A stretch of DNA of 61,452 bases, counting the filler. It is 4 parts of 4 records of this genome, joined end to end, with 100 filler letters (N's around TTAATTAATTAA, not from the genome) between each part and the next. Parts side by side here need not be neighbours in the genome. Positions count along the whole stretch, not along the records: positions 1 to 12,593 come from DRR378314_2262; positions 12,694 to 24,921 come from DRR378314_2267; 2 more parts are not named here. One strand, written 5' to 3'. Position numbers and translations under genes: made by a program. Below the pieces are notes generated by a model. That model did not search any database, was not told the origin of the DNA, and was given only the letters and a program-made list of their open reading frames with translations. Below are positions 9,223-18,106 of the stretch, piece by piece (position 1 is the stretch's first letter; each line of letters starts with the position of its first letter).

Positions 9223-10221
9223 ATGCGTGTTTGGCTCTCTCTGATTCTGCTGGCCGCCACTTCCGTGGCCGCAGCCCAGCAAACCATTCTGAACAGCTCC
9301 TACGACGTCGCCCGTGAGCTGTTTCAGACCTATAACCCGAAATTCCAGGCCTACTGGAAAGCGCAGACCGGTAAGGACATTACCATTCAGCAGTCCCACT
9401 CCGGCTCGTCCAAGCAGGCCCGTGCCATCCTCCAGGGGTTGGAAGCGGACGTGGTGACGTTCAACCAGGTCACCGATGTCAACGTGCTGCACGAGAAGGG
9501 CAACCTGATTCCCGAGGACTGGAACCAGCGGCTGCCCAACAACGCCAGCCCGTACTACTCCACCACCGCCTTCCTGGTGCGCAAGGGCAACCCCAAGGAC
9601 ATCCAGGGCTGGGGCGATCTGGCCAAGGACGGGGTCGATGTGGTGTTCCCCAACCCCAAGACCTCCGGTAACGGCCGCTACACCTATCTGGCCGCCTGGA
9701 TGGCCGCGGAAGAGCAGTTTGGCGGCGACGAGCAAAAAATCCGCGACTACATGACCCGTTTCCTGGGCAACGTGGCGGTGTTCGACTCCGGCGGCCGCAG
9801 CGCCACCGTCACCTTCGCCGAGCGCGAGATCGGCGACGTGCTGATCAGCTTCGAGTCGGAAGTGAACAACATCCGCAAGGAGTACGGCACCGGCGACTAC
9901 GAGGTGGTGGTGCCCAAGACCTCGGTACTGGCGGAATTCCCGGTCAGCGTGGTCGACGACGTGGTCGACGAGCGCGGCACCCGCGAGGTGGCCACCGCCT
10001 ACCTGGAACACCTCTACGACAAGGAGATCCAGGAGCTGCTGACCACCTTCAACTACCGTGTGCATCACCCGGAAGTGGTGAAAGCCACCGAAGACCAGTT
10101 CCCGCCGGTGAAGCTGCTCAAGGTGGAGGACTACTTCGGCTCCTGGCAGAACGCCCAGGACACCCACTTCGCCTCCGGCGGCGTGCTCGACGAACTGCAG
10201 GCGCAGGCGCGGAGACGCTGA
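9223..10221 (+). CDS. cysP: Thiosulfate/sulfate ABC transporter substrate-binding protein
   Basis: LNSSYDVAREL, QSHSGSSKQA, PNPKTSGNGRY. Confidence 0.9.
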   Translation: MRVWLSLILLAATSVAAAQQTILNSSYDVARELFQTYNPKFQAYWKAQTGKDITIQQSHSGSSKQARAILQGLEADVVTFNQVTDVNVLHEKGNLIPEDWNQRLPNNASPYYSTTAFLVRKGNPKDIQGWGDLAKDGVDVVFPNPKTSGNGRYTYLAAWMAAEEQFGGDEQKIRDYMTRFLGNVAVFDSGGRSATVTFAEREIGDVLISFESEVNNIRKEYGTGDYEVVVPKTSVLAEFPVSVVDDVVDERGTREVATAYLEHLYDKEIQELLTTFNYRVHHPEVVKATEDQFPPVKLLKVEDYFGSWQNAQDTHFASGGVLDELQAQARRR

Positions 10222-10222
10222 T

Positions 10223-11059
10223 TTGGCCATCCTGCGCACCCGGCACTCGGTATTGCCCGGCTTCACGCTCAGCTTCGCGCTGAGCGTGCTGTTTATTTCG
10301 CTGGTGATCCTGGTGCCGCTGTCCGGGCTGGTGCTGCACGTCAGCGAGATGACCTGGGACCGCTACTGGTCGGTGATCACCAACCCGCGCAGCCTGGCCA
10401 GTTTCAAGGTCACCCTGCTGGCCGCTGCCGGCGCCAGCGCCATCAACGCGGTGGTGGGGTTATTGCTGGCCTGGGTGCTGGTGCGCTACCGCTTCCCCGG
10501 GCGCCGCGTGATGGACGCCCTGGTGGACCTGCCCTTCGCCCTGCCCACCGCCGTGGCCGGCCTCACCCTGTCGGCGCTGTTCGCCGCCAACGGCTGGCTG
10601 GGGCAGTGGTTCGAAGCGATCGGCATTCCGGTGGCCTACACGCCGCTGGGCATCATGATCGCGATGAGTTTCACCAGCCTGCCGTTCGTGGTGCGCGCGG
10701 TACAGCCGGTGCTGGAAGACCTGACCCCGGACGTGGAAGAAGCGGCCGCCACCCTGGGCGCCACGCCCATGGCGTCGTTCTTCCGCGTGGTGCTGGCACA
10801 GTTGATGCCGGCGCTGCTCACCGGCACCGCCCTGGCGTTTACCCGCAGCCTGGGCGAGTACGGCGCGGTGATCTTTATCGCCGGCAACATGCCGTTCGAA
10901 ACCGAGATCATCTCGCTGCTGGTCAACATCCGCCTGGAAGAGTACGACTTCGCCGCCGCCAGCGCCCTGGCCTCGGTGATCCTCGGCGCCTCCCTGGTGC
11001 TGCTGTTCGGCATCCAGATGGTACAGGGGCGCATGATCCGCCGCTGGCAAGGCGGCTGA
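10223..11059 (+). CDS. cysT: Sulfate/thiosulfate ABC permease CysT (CysU)
   Basis: DLPFALPTAVAG, EEAAATLGA loop, FIAGNMP. Confidence 0.92.
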   Translation: MAILRTRHSVLPGFTLSFALSVLFISLVILVPLSGLVLHVSEMTWDRYWSVITNPRSLASFKVTLLAAAGASAINAVVGLLLAWVLVRYRFPGRRVMDALVDLPFALPTAVAGLTLSALFAANGWLGQWFEAIGIPVAYTPLGIMIAMSFTSLPFVVRAVQPVLEDLTPDVEEAAATLGATPMASFFRVVLAQLMPALLTGTALAFTRSLGEYGAVIFIAGNMPFETEIISLLVNIRLEEYDFAAASALASVILGASLVLLFGIQMVQGRMIRRWQGG

Positions 11060-11061
11060 AT

Positions 11062-11243
11062 ACAGTTAACAGTGAATAGTTAATAGTTAACAGTTACGCG
11101 GGAGGGGCCCGTGGGGCGTGGACGCCGTGCCCGCGAAAACAGGCCGTGCCGGCCGCGGGCCGCGGGCCGCGGGCCGCGGGCCGCGGGAAAGCCAACCAGC
11201 CTCCCCCCTAACTGTTAACTGTTCACTGTTAACTCTTAACTGC
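11062..11243. repeat. Long inverted repeat made of heptamer tandem arrays, enclosing (GGCCGCG)5
   Basis: Left arm has 5 x AYAGTKA (11062-11096), right arm has 5 x TMACTST/TAACTGC (11209-11243), and the inner array is GGCCGCG x5 (11151-11185). Confidence 0.9.
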
Positions 11244-11246
11244 TTT

Positions 11247-11927
11247 TTATAGTGCGACGGCGCGGCCGATAAAGAGCACTGGGCCGGTGGGTCGGGGTTC
11301 CGGGGAGCCGCCCGGCGGCTCCAGGGTGAGTTCGAACAGCTGGCCGCTTTCCACGCCGCCGACCTGCTCGGCGGGGATCACCAGGCTGCGGCCCGGCTCC
11401 ACCAGGCCCAGGGAACGGGGGCCTTCGGCGTTATTTTCCAGGGTCCAGAACTGCACGCTGCGGTCGGCGCGGTAGTCCGCCTGCTGCGCCAGGGGCGTCA
11501 GTTGCAGGTCGCCGTTGTCCGCCACGGTGATCCGCCAGCCCGGCTGGGCCGCTTCGCCCGGCGCCTGCAGCACCACGGTATACACCGGCGCCGGCTGGCG
11601 CAGCGGGCCCACCGCCAGCACCAGGGCCACCAGCAGGGCGGCGCTGGCGAAGCGCCAGGCGGGCGTGCTTTGCCACAGGCCGCGCCACCAGGGCACGGCG
11701 ATGCCAGTCTCGCGGGCCAGGCGCCGCCACAGGCCGGGCGGCAGACGCGCCGGCTCCAGCAGCTCGGCGGCGCCCACCCAGTGTTCGCGCCAGTACGCCG
11801 CCTGCCGCGCGGCCTGCTCGTCGTCGGCCAACCAGCGCTCGATCTCCACCGCCTGCTCGCCACGGTGCAGACCGAGTACGTACTCGGCGATCAGCAGACG
11901 CTGTTCTTCCTGGTTATCGGGAATCAT
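11247..11927 (-). CDS. RskA-type anti-sigma factor
   Basis: AEYVLG N-terminal motif, one TM segment, and SVQFW, SLGL, TLEPPGGSP..PTGPV. ATGA overlap with the sigma gene. Confidence 0.88.
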   Translation of the reverse strand: MIPDNQEEQRLLIAEYVLGLHRGEQAVEIERWLADDEQAARQAAYWREHWVGAAELLEPARLPPGLWRRLARETGIAVPWWRGLWQSTPAWRFASAALLVALVLAVGPLRQPAPVYTVVLQAPGEAAQPGWRITVADNGDLQLTPLAQQADYRADRSVQFWTLENNAEGPRSLGLVEPGRSLVIPAEQVGGVESGQLFELTLEPPGGSPEPRPTGPVLFIGRAVAL

Positions 11928-12478
11928 AGCCGCAGACACTCCTGAAGCCCTTTAAGCCCGGTGCGAACCCGGCTTTTGATGGTGCCCAGGGGCACCGCTA
12001 ATGTTTCGGCGATCTGTTCATAGGTGAAACCCTGATAGAACGCCATCAATATCGGCCGGCGCCGGTCGCCCTGCAAACCGCGCAGGCACTCCTGCATGGC
12101 GCGCCGCTGGCCGGACTGCATCGAGCATTGCTCCGGGTTGGGCCCGGGATCCGGCCAGTCGTCCCCCGGCAGCGCCTCGGCGTCGTCACGTTTCGCCCGG
12201 CGGTGCTGATTGATCAGCCGGTAGCGCAGCAGCGCGTACAACCAGGCCCGGGCGCTGCCCTTTTCAGGATGGAAGCGGACGGCGTTACGCCACACCTGCA
12301 CGAACGTATCCTGCAGCGCCTCTTCCGCCAGCTCCCGGTCGCCGCTGAGCCGGCGCGCCAGCGCCAGCATCCGTGGCGCCTCCAAACGGTACAGCCGTTG
12401 AAACGCCTTGGCGTCGCCTCGGGCACAGGCCAGCAGTAAAACCGTGGCTTGCTCCAGTTGGTGATTCGACTCGTCCAT
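11924..12478 (-). CDS. ECF sigma factor (SigK-like)
   Basis: Region 2 AEEALQDTFVQVW...AWL and region 4 YEQIAETLAVPLGTIKSR. Confidence 0.92.
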   Translation of the reverse strand: MDESNHQLEQATVLLLACARGDAKAFQRLYRLEAPRMLALARRLSGDRELAEEALQDTFVQVWRNAVRFHPEKGSARAWLYALLRYRLINQHRRAKRDDAEALPGDDWPDPGPNPEQCSMQSGQRRAMQECLRGLQGDRRRPILMAFYQGFTYEQIAETLAVPLGTIKSRVRTGLKGLQECLRL

Positions 12479-12565
12479 GGGATGTCCGGCGCGATGTGAA
12501 TAAAACGCGATGGTCCATCGCGCCGCGAGAAGGCCGTGTCAATGTCGGGCCACGAAGCCAGTTTT

Positions 12566-12589
12566 GTAGGAGCGGGCCCCGCCCGCGAA
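12566..12589 (+). repeat. REP element copy 2 (contig end)
   Basis: GTAGGAGCGGGCCCCGCCCGCGAA. Confidence 0.8.
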
Positions 12590-12593
12590 AGGG

Positions 12594-12693
12594 NNNNNNN
12601 NNNNNNNNNNNNNNNNNNNNNNNNNNNNNNNNNNNNNTTAATTAATTAANNNNNNNNNNNNNNNNNNNNNNNNNNNNNNNNNNNNNNNNNNNN
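12594..12693. other. Artificial contig spacer
   Basis: N44-TTAATTAATTAA-N44, which gives stops in all six frames. Confidence 0.99.
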
Positions 12694-12728
12694 CGGGCTG
12701 GGCCCGCTCCCACAAGGCCCGCTTCCAC
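12694..12728 (-). repeat. REP element copy 3 plus partial tandem copy
   Basis: Minus strand reads GTGGAAGCGGGCCTT-GTGGGAGCGGGCCCAGCCCG, cut by the gap. Confidence 0.75.
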
Positions 12729-13577
12729 AATGATCTCGGCGAGGGCCGGGTCCTTGGCGGCGTAGTGGAGGATCGCCTGGAGGTAGCCGGCCTTGCTGCC
12801 GCAGTCGAAGGTGCGGCCGCGCATGGCGTAGGCTTCCACCGGCTGGCGGGCGATCAGGTCGGCGATCGCGTCGGTGAGCTGGATCTCGCCGCCGGCGCCC
12901 GGCGCGGTGTCGGCAAGCAGGCCCATGATGCCCGCGGGCAGCACATAGCGGCCCACCACCGACAGGTTGGAGGGCGCGTCGGCGGGCTTGGGCTTCTCCA
13001 CCACCGCGCGCATCGGCGCGCTCGCCCCCGGCGCCGGCGACGGGCCGTCCAGCTCGGCGATGCCGTACTGGTCGACCCGGTCGTCGGGCACCGCCTCCAC
13101 CATGATCTGGGCGGCGCCGCTCTCTTCGAAGCGGCGCACCATGGCGGTCAGGTCGTCGGTATCGTCCAGCGCGTCCACCAGCACGTCGGGCAGAATCACC
13201 ACGAACGGCTCATCGCCCACCAGCTGGTGGGCGGCGTGCACCGCGTGGCCGAGACCCAGCGGCGGCCCCTGGCGCACGCTCACCACCTGCACACCGTCCG
13301 GCAGCGGGTGGCGCACCTGCTCCAGCAGCTCGGTCTTGCCCTTGGCCTCCAGTTGCGCTTCCAGCTCCGGATGGCCGTCGAAATAGTTCTCCACCGCGCT
13401 CTTGCTGGCGTGGCTGACCAGAATGATTTCGGTAATGCCCGCGCGCACCGCTTCGTCCACCACATAGGCGATGGCCGGCCGGTCCACCACCGGCAGCATC
13501 TCTTTGGGGATCGACTTGGACGCCGGCAGCATGCGGGTGCCGAAGCCGGCCACGGGAATCACCGCTTTACGAATCAC
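12694..13577 (-). CDS. galU: UTP-glucose-1-phosphate uridylyltransferase (stop codon lost in the gap)
   Basis: KAVIPVAGFGTRMLPASKSIPKEMLP, VEKP, GEIQLTDA. GTG start follows AAGGAGG. Confidence 0.93.
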
Positions 13578-13715
13578 GGGGTCGCTTACCTCCTTGTCAG
13601 AATAAGGCGCCCAACCGAATCGGGACGCCACCAAGCGCGGGAGCAAAGCATGCCGCTGCAAATGTCAGTTGTCGAGGTATCACGGCCACACCTGCCCATC
13701 AGTAAAGGAGTTTAA

Positions 13716-13746
13716 TATTGTGATACACATCACAAAATGCCAGAAT
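13716..13746 (+). promoter_or_regulatory. CRP/Vfr-type site overlapping a candidate sigma70 promoter
   Basis: TGTGA-tacaca-TCACA at 13719-13734. TTGTGA-17 nt-CAGAAT with a TG extension. Confidence 0.65.
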
Positions 13747-13751
13747 TCCAG

Positions 13752-13847
13752 AGTGTCCCGGGGTTATCTTACCCCCTTCCCGTAGGCCCCGGGGCATCGT
13801 TTCACAGTCGTTTTGTGTGACTTCAGGCGCCCACGGGCGCCTTTTTT
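13752..13847 (+). ncRNA. Candidate sRNA 1 (C-rich loop hairpin plus terminator)
   Basis: Stem 13754-13763/13787-13796, loop CCCCUUCCC, and terminator GGCGCC-cacg-GGCGCC-T6 oriented opposite to the flanking genes. Confidence 0.55.
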
Positions 13848-13939
13848 ATGGGCGGGAAGAAGGCAGGAAGCAGGCGGGGGTATACAGAAAGTATCAGGCT
13901 GTGAATTGAGACCCGGGTCTCACAGTGGCAGGCTCTTGC

Positions 13940-14053
13940 GCTTCGCGGAATGGACAGTAACGACAGGGACGTGGCCGGACCGCGAAGTTTCGTAGTGATG
14001 TCTTAAGAGTCTCCGTCACTTCGAGCCCGGGGCGCCTTTATGGCGCCCTTTTT
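13940..14053 (+). ncRNA. Candidate sRNA 2 (GGA-containing, with terminator)
   Basis: Stems CTTCGCGG/CCGCGAAG and AGTGATG/CGTCACT, then terminator GGGCGCC-tttat-GGCGCCC-T5 on the + strand. Confidence 0.5.
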
Positions 14054-16019
14054 AATGGACGCCCTTTCCGGACGCCACTTGAGGGTCGATCACCGTGTCG
14101 ACGGGCTCCACGCCGCCGCGTGCCGCCGGCGCCTCGCCGTCTTCCTGGCGCGGCTGGTAACCGTTGACGTAGCTGCGCAGCAGCGCCTTCAGGGGTTCGG
14201 ACTGGCCCCGGTCCAGGGCGGCGCGGAAGGCTTCCATGGCCGTCACCACATCGCTGTCGGACAGCGTCTCTTCGTGGGCCTGCATGATCATTTCGTGCTC
14301 GGTACCCACGCTGGCGTCGCCGATCAGCAGCTCTTCAAACAGCTTTTCACCCGGCCGCAGGCCGCTGAAGACGATGTCGATGTCGCCCTCGGGGTTGGAC
14401 TCGTCGCGCACCGACAGCCCCATCAGCCGGATCATGGTCTGCGCCAGATCGAGAATCCGCACCGGCTCGCCCATGTCCAGCACGAACACTTCGCCGCCCT
14501 TGGCCATGGCCCCGGCCTGGATCACCAGCTGCGACGCCTCCGGAATGGTCATGAAATAACGCACCACCTCCGGATGGGTCACGGTGACCGGCCCGCCCTG
14601 GCGGATCTGATCGCGGAACAGCGGCACCACCGAGCCCGAAGAGCCCAGCACGTTACCGAAGCGGACAATGGAAAAGACCGTCTCGCTGCCCCGTGCCGCC
14701 ATGGTCTGCAGCACCATTTCGGCAAACCGCTTGGTGGCGCCCATCACGTTGGTGGGGCGCACCGCTTTATCGGTGGAGACCAGGATAAAGTGCTTCACAC
14801 CGGCGGCTTCGGCGCCTTCCGCCGCGGCCAGGGTACCGATGATATTGTTGCGCACGCCCGCCGCCGGGTTGGCCTCGACGATCGGCACATGCTTGTAGGC
14901 CGCCGCGTGATAGAGGGTGTCGATGCGGTTTTCCCGGCACAGGCGCTGCACGTGCCCCCGGTTGACCACCGAGCCGAGCATCGGAACCAGGGTGGTGTCG
15001 CGGCCGCTCTGCTCGATCAGGCCGCGCAGTTCCCGCTCGATGTCATAGAGCGCCACTTCGCTTTGTTCCAGCAGCACCAGCCGCGCCGGCGCCAGCTTGA
15101 CGATCTGACGGCACAGCTCCGAGCCGATCGAGCCGCCGGCGCCGGTGACCAGCACATGCTTGCCGCTGATACAGCGGCTCAGCAGATCCAGCCTGGGCGG
15201 CACGGTGTCGCGGCCCAGCAGGTCCTCGATGGCCACGTCCTGAATCTCGTCCAGGCGGGCACGGCCGCTGGCGATGTCGTTGAAGGTGGGCACGGTCTGC
15301 ACGCGGATATCGAGCTGTTCCAGCCAGTTCACCAGTGCCATGCGGCGGTGCCGGGGCAGAGTCGGCAGGGCCAGCAACACCGTGCTCACCGCGCCCTGCT
15401 TCGCCTTGGCCTGCAGGCCCTGGCGGTTGACCACCGGCACGCCGCACAGCAGCGAGCCCTGCTTGCCGGGGTCGTCGTCCACCACCAGCACCGGGTTCAG
15501 CTCACGGCCGGACTGTAGCGCCGCCACCAGCTGCGCGCCCGCCTCGCCGGCGCCGAACACCGCCACCCGCTCCCGGTTCAGGTAGCCGGCCATCACCCGG
15601 AACAGGAAACGGCGCGCCAGAAAACGGCTGGCGCCCAGATACATGGTGCCGAGCAGCCAGTAGATCACGAAGATGGAGCGCGGCACCTCGGCGGGCACCA
15701 TATAGGACATCGCCGCCAGGGTGATCACCGAGGCGGCCATGCCGGTGACGATGGACCAGGCGGCTTCGGAGCCGAGATAACGGAGGATCGAGCGGTAGAA
15801 GCCGCACACGTACAGCATCGCCACGCTGATCAGCGCCGCGGCGGGAAACAGCCAGACGTCGTCGACCACGGGTTGAAGGGTACTGAAACGCAGGGCATAG
15901 GCGCCCCACAAAAGGAGCGGCAAAATCAGGGCGTCGGTGATCATCATGATCCCGCGCTTTTGCCAGCGGCTGCACTGAAGCACCCGCGAGACGCTACGCT
16001 GCATCGCGCTTAGAGCCAT
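14052..16019 (-). CDS. wbpM: Nucleotide-sugar 4,6-dehydratase, WbpM/CapD family
   Basis: N-terminal TMs, GAGEAG, TGAGGSIGSE, HAAAYKHVP, STDKAV, RFGNVLGSSGSV. Confidence 0.9.
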   Translation of the reverse strand: MALSAMQRSVSRVLQCSRWQKRGIMMITDALILPLLLWGAYALRFSTLQPVVDDVWLFPAAALISVAMLYVCGFYRSILRYLGSEAAWSIVTGMAASVITLAAMSYMVPAEVPRSIFVIYWLLGTMYLGASRFLARRFLFRVMAGYLNRERVAVFGAGEAGAQLVAALQSGRELNPVLVVDDDPGKQGSLLCGVPVVNRQGLQAKAKQGAVSTVLLALPTLPRHRRMALVNWLEQLDIRVQTVPTFNDIASGRARLDEIQDVAIEDLLGRDTVPPRLDLLSRCISGKHVLVTGAGGSIGSELCRQIVKLAPARLVLLEQSEVALYDIERELRGLIEQSGRDTTLVPMLGSVVNRGHVQRLCRENRIDTLYHAAAYKHVPIVEANPAAGVRNNIIGTLAAAEGAEAAGVKHFILVSTDKAVRPTNVMGATKRFAEMVLQTMAARGSETVFSIVRFGNVLGSSGSVVPLFRDQIRQGGPVTVTHPEVVRYFMTIPEASQLVIQAGAMAKGGEVFVLDMGEPVRILDLAQTMIRLMGLSVRDESNPEGDIDIVFSGLRPGEKLFEELLIGDASVGTEHEMIMQAHEETLSDSDVVTAMEAFRAALDRGQSEPLKALLRSYVNGYQPRQEDGEAPAARGGVEPVDTVIDPQVASGKGVH

Positions 16020-16124
16020 TTTGACAGTTCCTTGTCGGTCCCCAGTGTAGAGACTCCGTATTTTGATGTGCCCTGTATCACATTACCACCTTGATATGTA
16101 ACTTTTTTGAAGCCATTGATAACG

Positions 16125-17147
16125 CTAGGCTTCGGGCTCCGGCCGCCCCGCATTGAAACGCACCGCCAGCATGATCAGCGGGGTATAGGCGATCACCACC
16201 GCCAGCGGGCCGTCCAGCCACTCCAGCGCCACCAGGGTGGCCAGCGGCAACAGCCAGAACACATTGATCGCCAGCACCCGCAACGTCACCGCCCGGTGCG
16301 AGCCATAGTGCCGGGAAGCGTACTGGTACGCGTGGGTGCGGTGGGCCTCGTGGGCTTTTTCACCGTTACAGAGCCGGCGGATCAGGGTAAAGGTGGCATC
16401 GATGATGAACACGCCCATCAGAATCTGCCAACTCCACAGCATCTCCGGCACCAGCCAGGCGGCGTGCAGGGACAGCCCGCCGATCATAAAGCCGAGGAAG
16501 CCGCTGCCGGCGTCGCCCATGAAGATCCGCGCCGGCGGGAAATTCCACACCAGGAAGCCGGCCACCGAGGCGCAAAGCAACAGCGGCAGCGCCATCAGCC
16601 CGGTCTCGCCCAGCAGGGTGTAAATAAACACCGTGCCCAGGCCCACGGTAATCGCCTGCACCCCGGCGAGGCCGTCGATGCCGTCCATGAAGTTATAGAG
16701 GTTGAGCATCCACACCAGATAGAAGGCGGTGAAGATGTGCCCGGTCCAGCCGAAGTCGATCCAGAACCCGAACAGGGCCACCGGCGCCAGGCCGTTCAGC
16801 CAATACAGCAGCCAGGCGGCGGCGCCGAAATGCTTGAGCAGCCGCCAGCGGGCCGCCACATGGCCATGGTCGTCCAGCCAGCCGATCGCCGCCACCAGCG
16901 CGCCGGCGCCCCACAGCCCCACCGCCGCCGGGAACGACACCGCGCCAAGGGCCGCCAGCACCGGCAGCCCGGCCAGGAAGGTCACCACCACCGCCACGCC
17001 GCCGCCACGGGGCGTCGGCACCTGGTGGGAGCTGCGCGCGTTGGGCACGTCGAGAATGCTGCGCGACACCGCGTAATGCCGCAGCATCCAGGTGCCGACC
17101 AGCGAGCACAGGAAAATCAGCGGCAAAAGCCAGTACAGAAAGGCCAT
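16125..17147 (-). CDS. wbpL: Undecaprenyl-phosphate sugar-1-phosphate transferase, WbpL/MraY-like
   Basis: RSSHQVPTPRGGG, NFMDGIDG, FMGDAGS, HRTHAYQ. Confidence 0.88.
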   Translation of the reverse strand: MAFLYWLLPLIFLCSLVGTWMLRHYAVSRSILDVPNARSSHQVPTPRGGGVAVVVTFLAGLPVLAALGAVSFPAAVGLWGAGALVAAIGWLDDHGHVAARWRLLKHFGAAAWLLYWLNGLAPVALFGFWIDFGWTGHIFTAFYLVWMLNLYNFMDGIDGLAGVQAITVGLGTVFIYTLLGETGLMALPLLLCASVAGFLVWNFPPARIFMGDAGSGFLGFMIGGLSLHAAWLVPEMLWSWQILMGVFIIDATFTLIRRLCNGEKAHEAHRTHAYQYASRHYGSHRAVTLRVLAINVFWLLPLATLVALEWLDGPLAVVIAYTPLIMLAVRFNAGRPEPEA

Positions 17148-18106
17148 CAATGCGTCTCTTTATTCAAAAAATGTTGGGCGGTGCGTCGCAGCGCCGTATC
17201 CATATTCACCGGCGGCACCCAGTCCAACGTCGTTGTTGTGTCAGTGATATCCACCTGCAGGGAATCGCAAAGGCGCCGGGCCACGTCCCGCTTGCCGACC
17301 AGCGCGGCCAGCGCGGTGAGCACAAAGGCGGGAACCGGGATCAGGCGCGCCGGCCGGCCCAGAGCCCGGGCCACGGCACGCAACAGGCCGCTGGTGGAAA
17401 CGTCCTCGCCGTCGGCGGCCAGAAACACCCGGCCGGCGGCCGCCGGGTGGTCCAGGCAGGTGGCCAGCAGATCCACCAGATTGTCGATCGCCAGCAGGCT
17501 GCGGCGGTTGTTCACCGCGCCAAGCGGCAACGGCACACCCCGCTGCATCCAACGCAGCATACTATGGAAGTTGGCCTTAACACCCGGCCCGTAGACCAGA
17601 ACCGGGCGCACGATCACCACTTCCAGGCCGGTCTCATCGGCCAGCGCCAGCAGGCCGCGCTCCGCTTCCGCCTTGGATACCCCATAAGCATCGGCCGGCG
17701 CGGCCATATCCTTAGCGGTAAATGGCCGCCCCGGCCGGGTGGCCTCGCCGTTCACCTTGATCGAGCTGATGAAAATAAAGCGGCGCACTCCGGCGCGCGC
17801 CGCCTGGCGGGCCAGCGCCAGAGTGCCTTCGGTATTCACAAGGCGGAACGCGGCCAGCGGGTCGGCGGCCGGGTCGTCCATGATATGGGCGCGGGCGGCG
17901 CAGTGGATCAGCGCCTCGGCGCCGTCCAGGGCGTCGCCGCAATCCAGGTCCGGGCCCAGCTCGCCCACCACCCGGCGCGCCGCGTCCGCCGGCAGCGCAC
18001 CGCCGGCATCCCGGGTCAACGCCGTGGTCGGGTGGCCGTCGTCGAGCAGCCGCCGCAGCAAAGGCGCGCCCACGAAGCCGGTGGCGCCGGTCAGCACAAC
18101 CTTCAT
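17147..18106 (-). CDS. NAD-dependent epimerase/4-reductase (WbpV/WbpK-like)
   Basis: TGATGFVG, SSIKVNGE, YGVSK. ATGA overlap with the upstream gene. Confidence 0.88.
   Translation of the reverse strand: MKVVLTGATGFVGAPLLRRLLDDGHPTTALTRDAGGALPADAARRVVGELGPDLDCGDALDGAEALIHCAARAHIMDDPAADPLAAFRLVNTEGTLALARQAARAGVRRFIFISSIKVNGEATRPGRPFTAKDMAAPADAYGVSKAEAERGLLALADETGLEVVIVRPVLVYGPGVKANFHSMLRWMQRGVPLPLGAVNNRRSLLAIDNLVDLLATCLDHPAAAGRVFLAADGEDVSTSGLLRAVARALGRPARLIPVPAFVLTALAALVGKRDVARRLCDSLQVDITDTTTTLDWVPPVNMDTALRRTAQHFLNKETH

Noticed and set aside
11062-11243. Possible CRISPR array
   Set aside because: Units are 7 nt with no unique spacers, and there are no cas genes.
12638-12649. TTAATTAATTAA repeated three times in the window
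   Set aside because: Synthetic six-frame stop linker inside N runs, not biological.
13926-13940. sigma54-like TGGCAGGCTCTTGC before sRNA candidate 2
   Set aside because: GG-to-GC spacing is 9 nt, not the required 10.
13705-13995. Small ORFs in the wbpM-galU gap (GTG at 13720 after AAGGAG; ORF 13813-13995)
   Set aside because: The first is about 21 codons and starts inside the CRP box. The second crosses a terminator. Neither has protein-like features.
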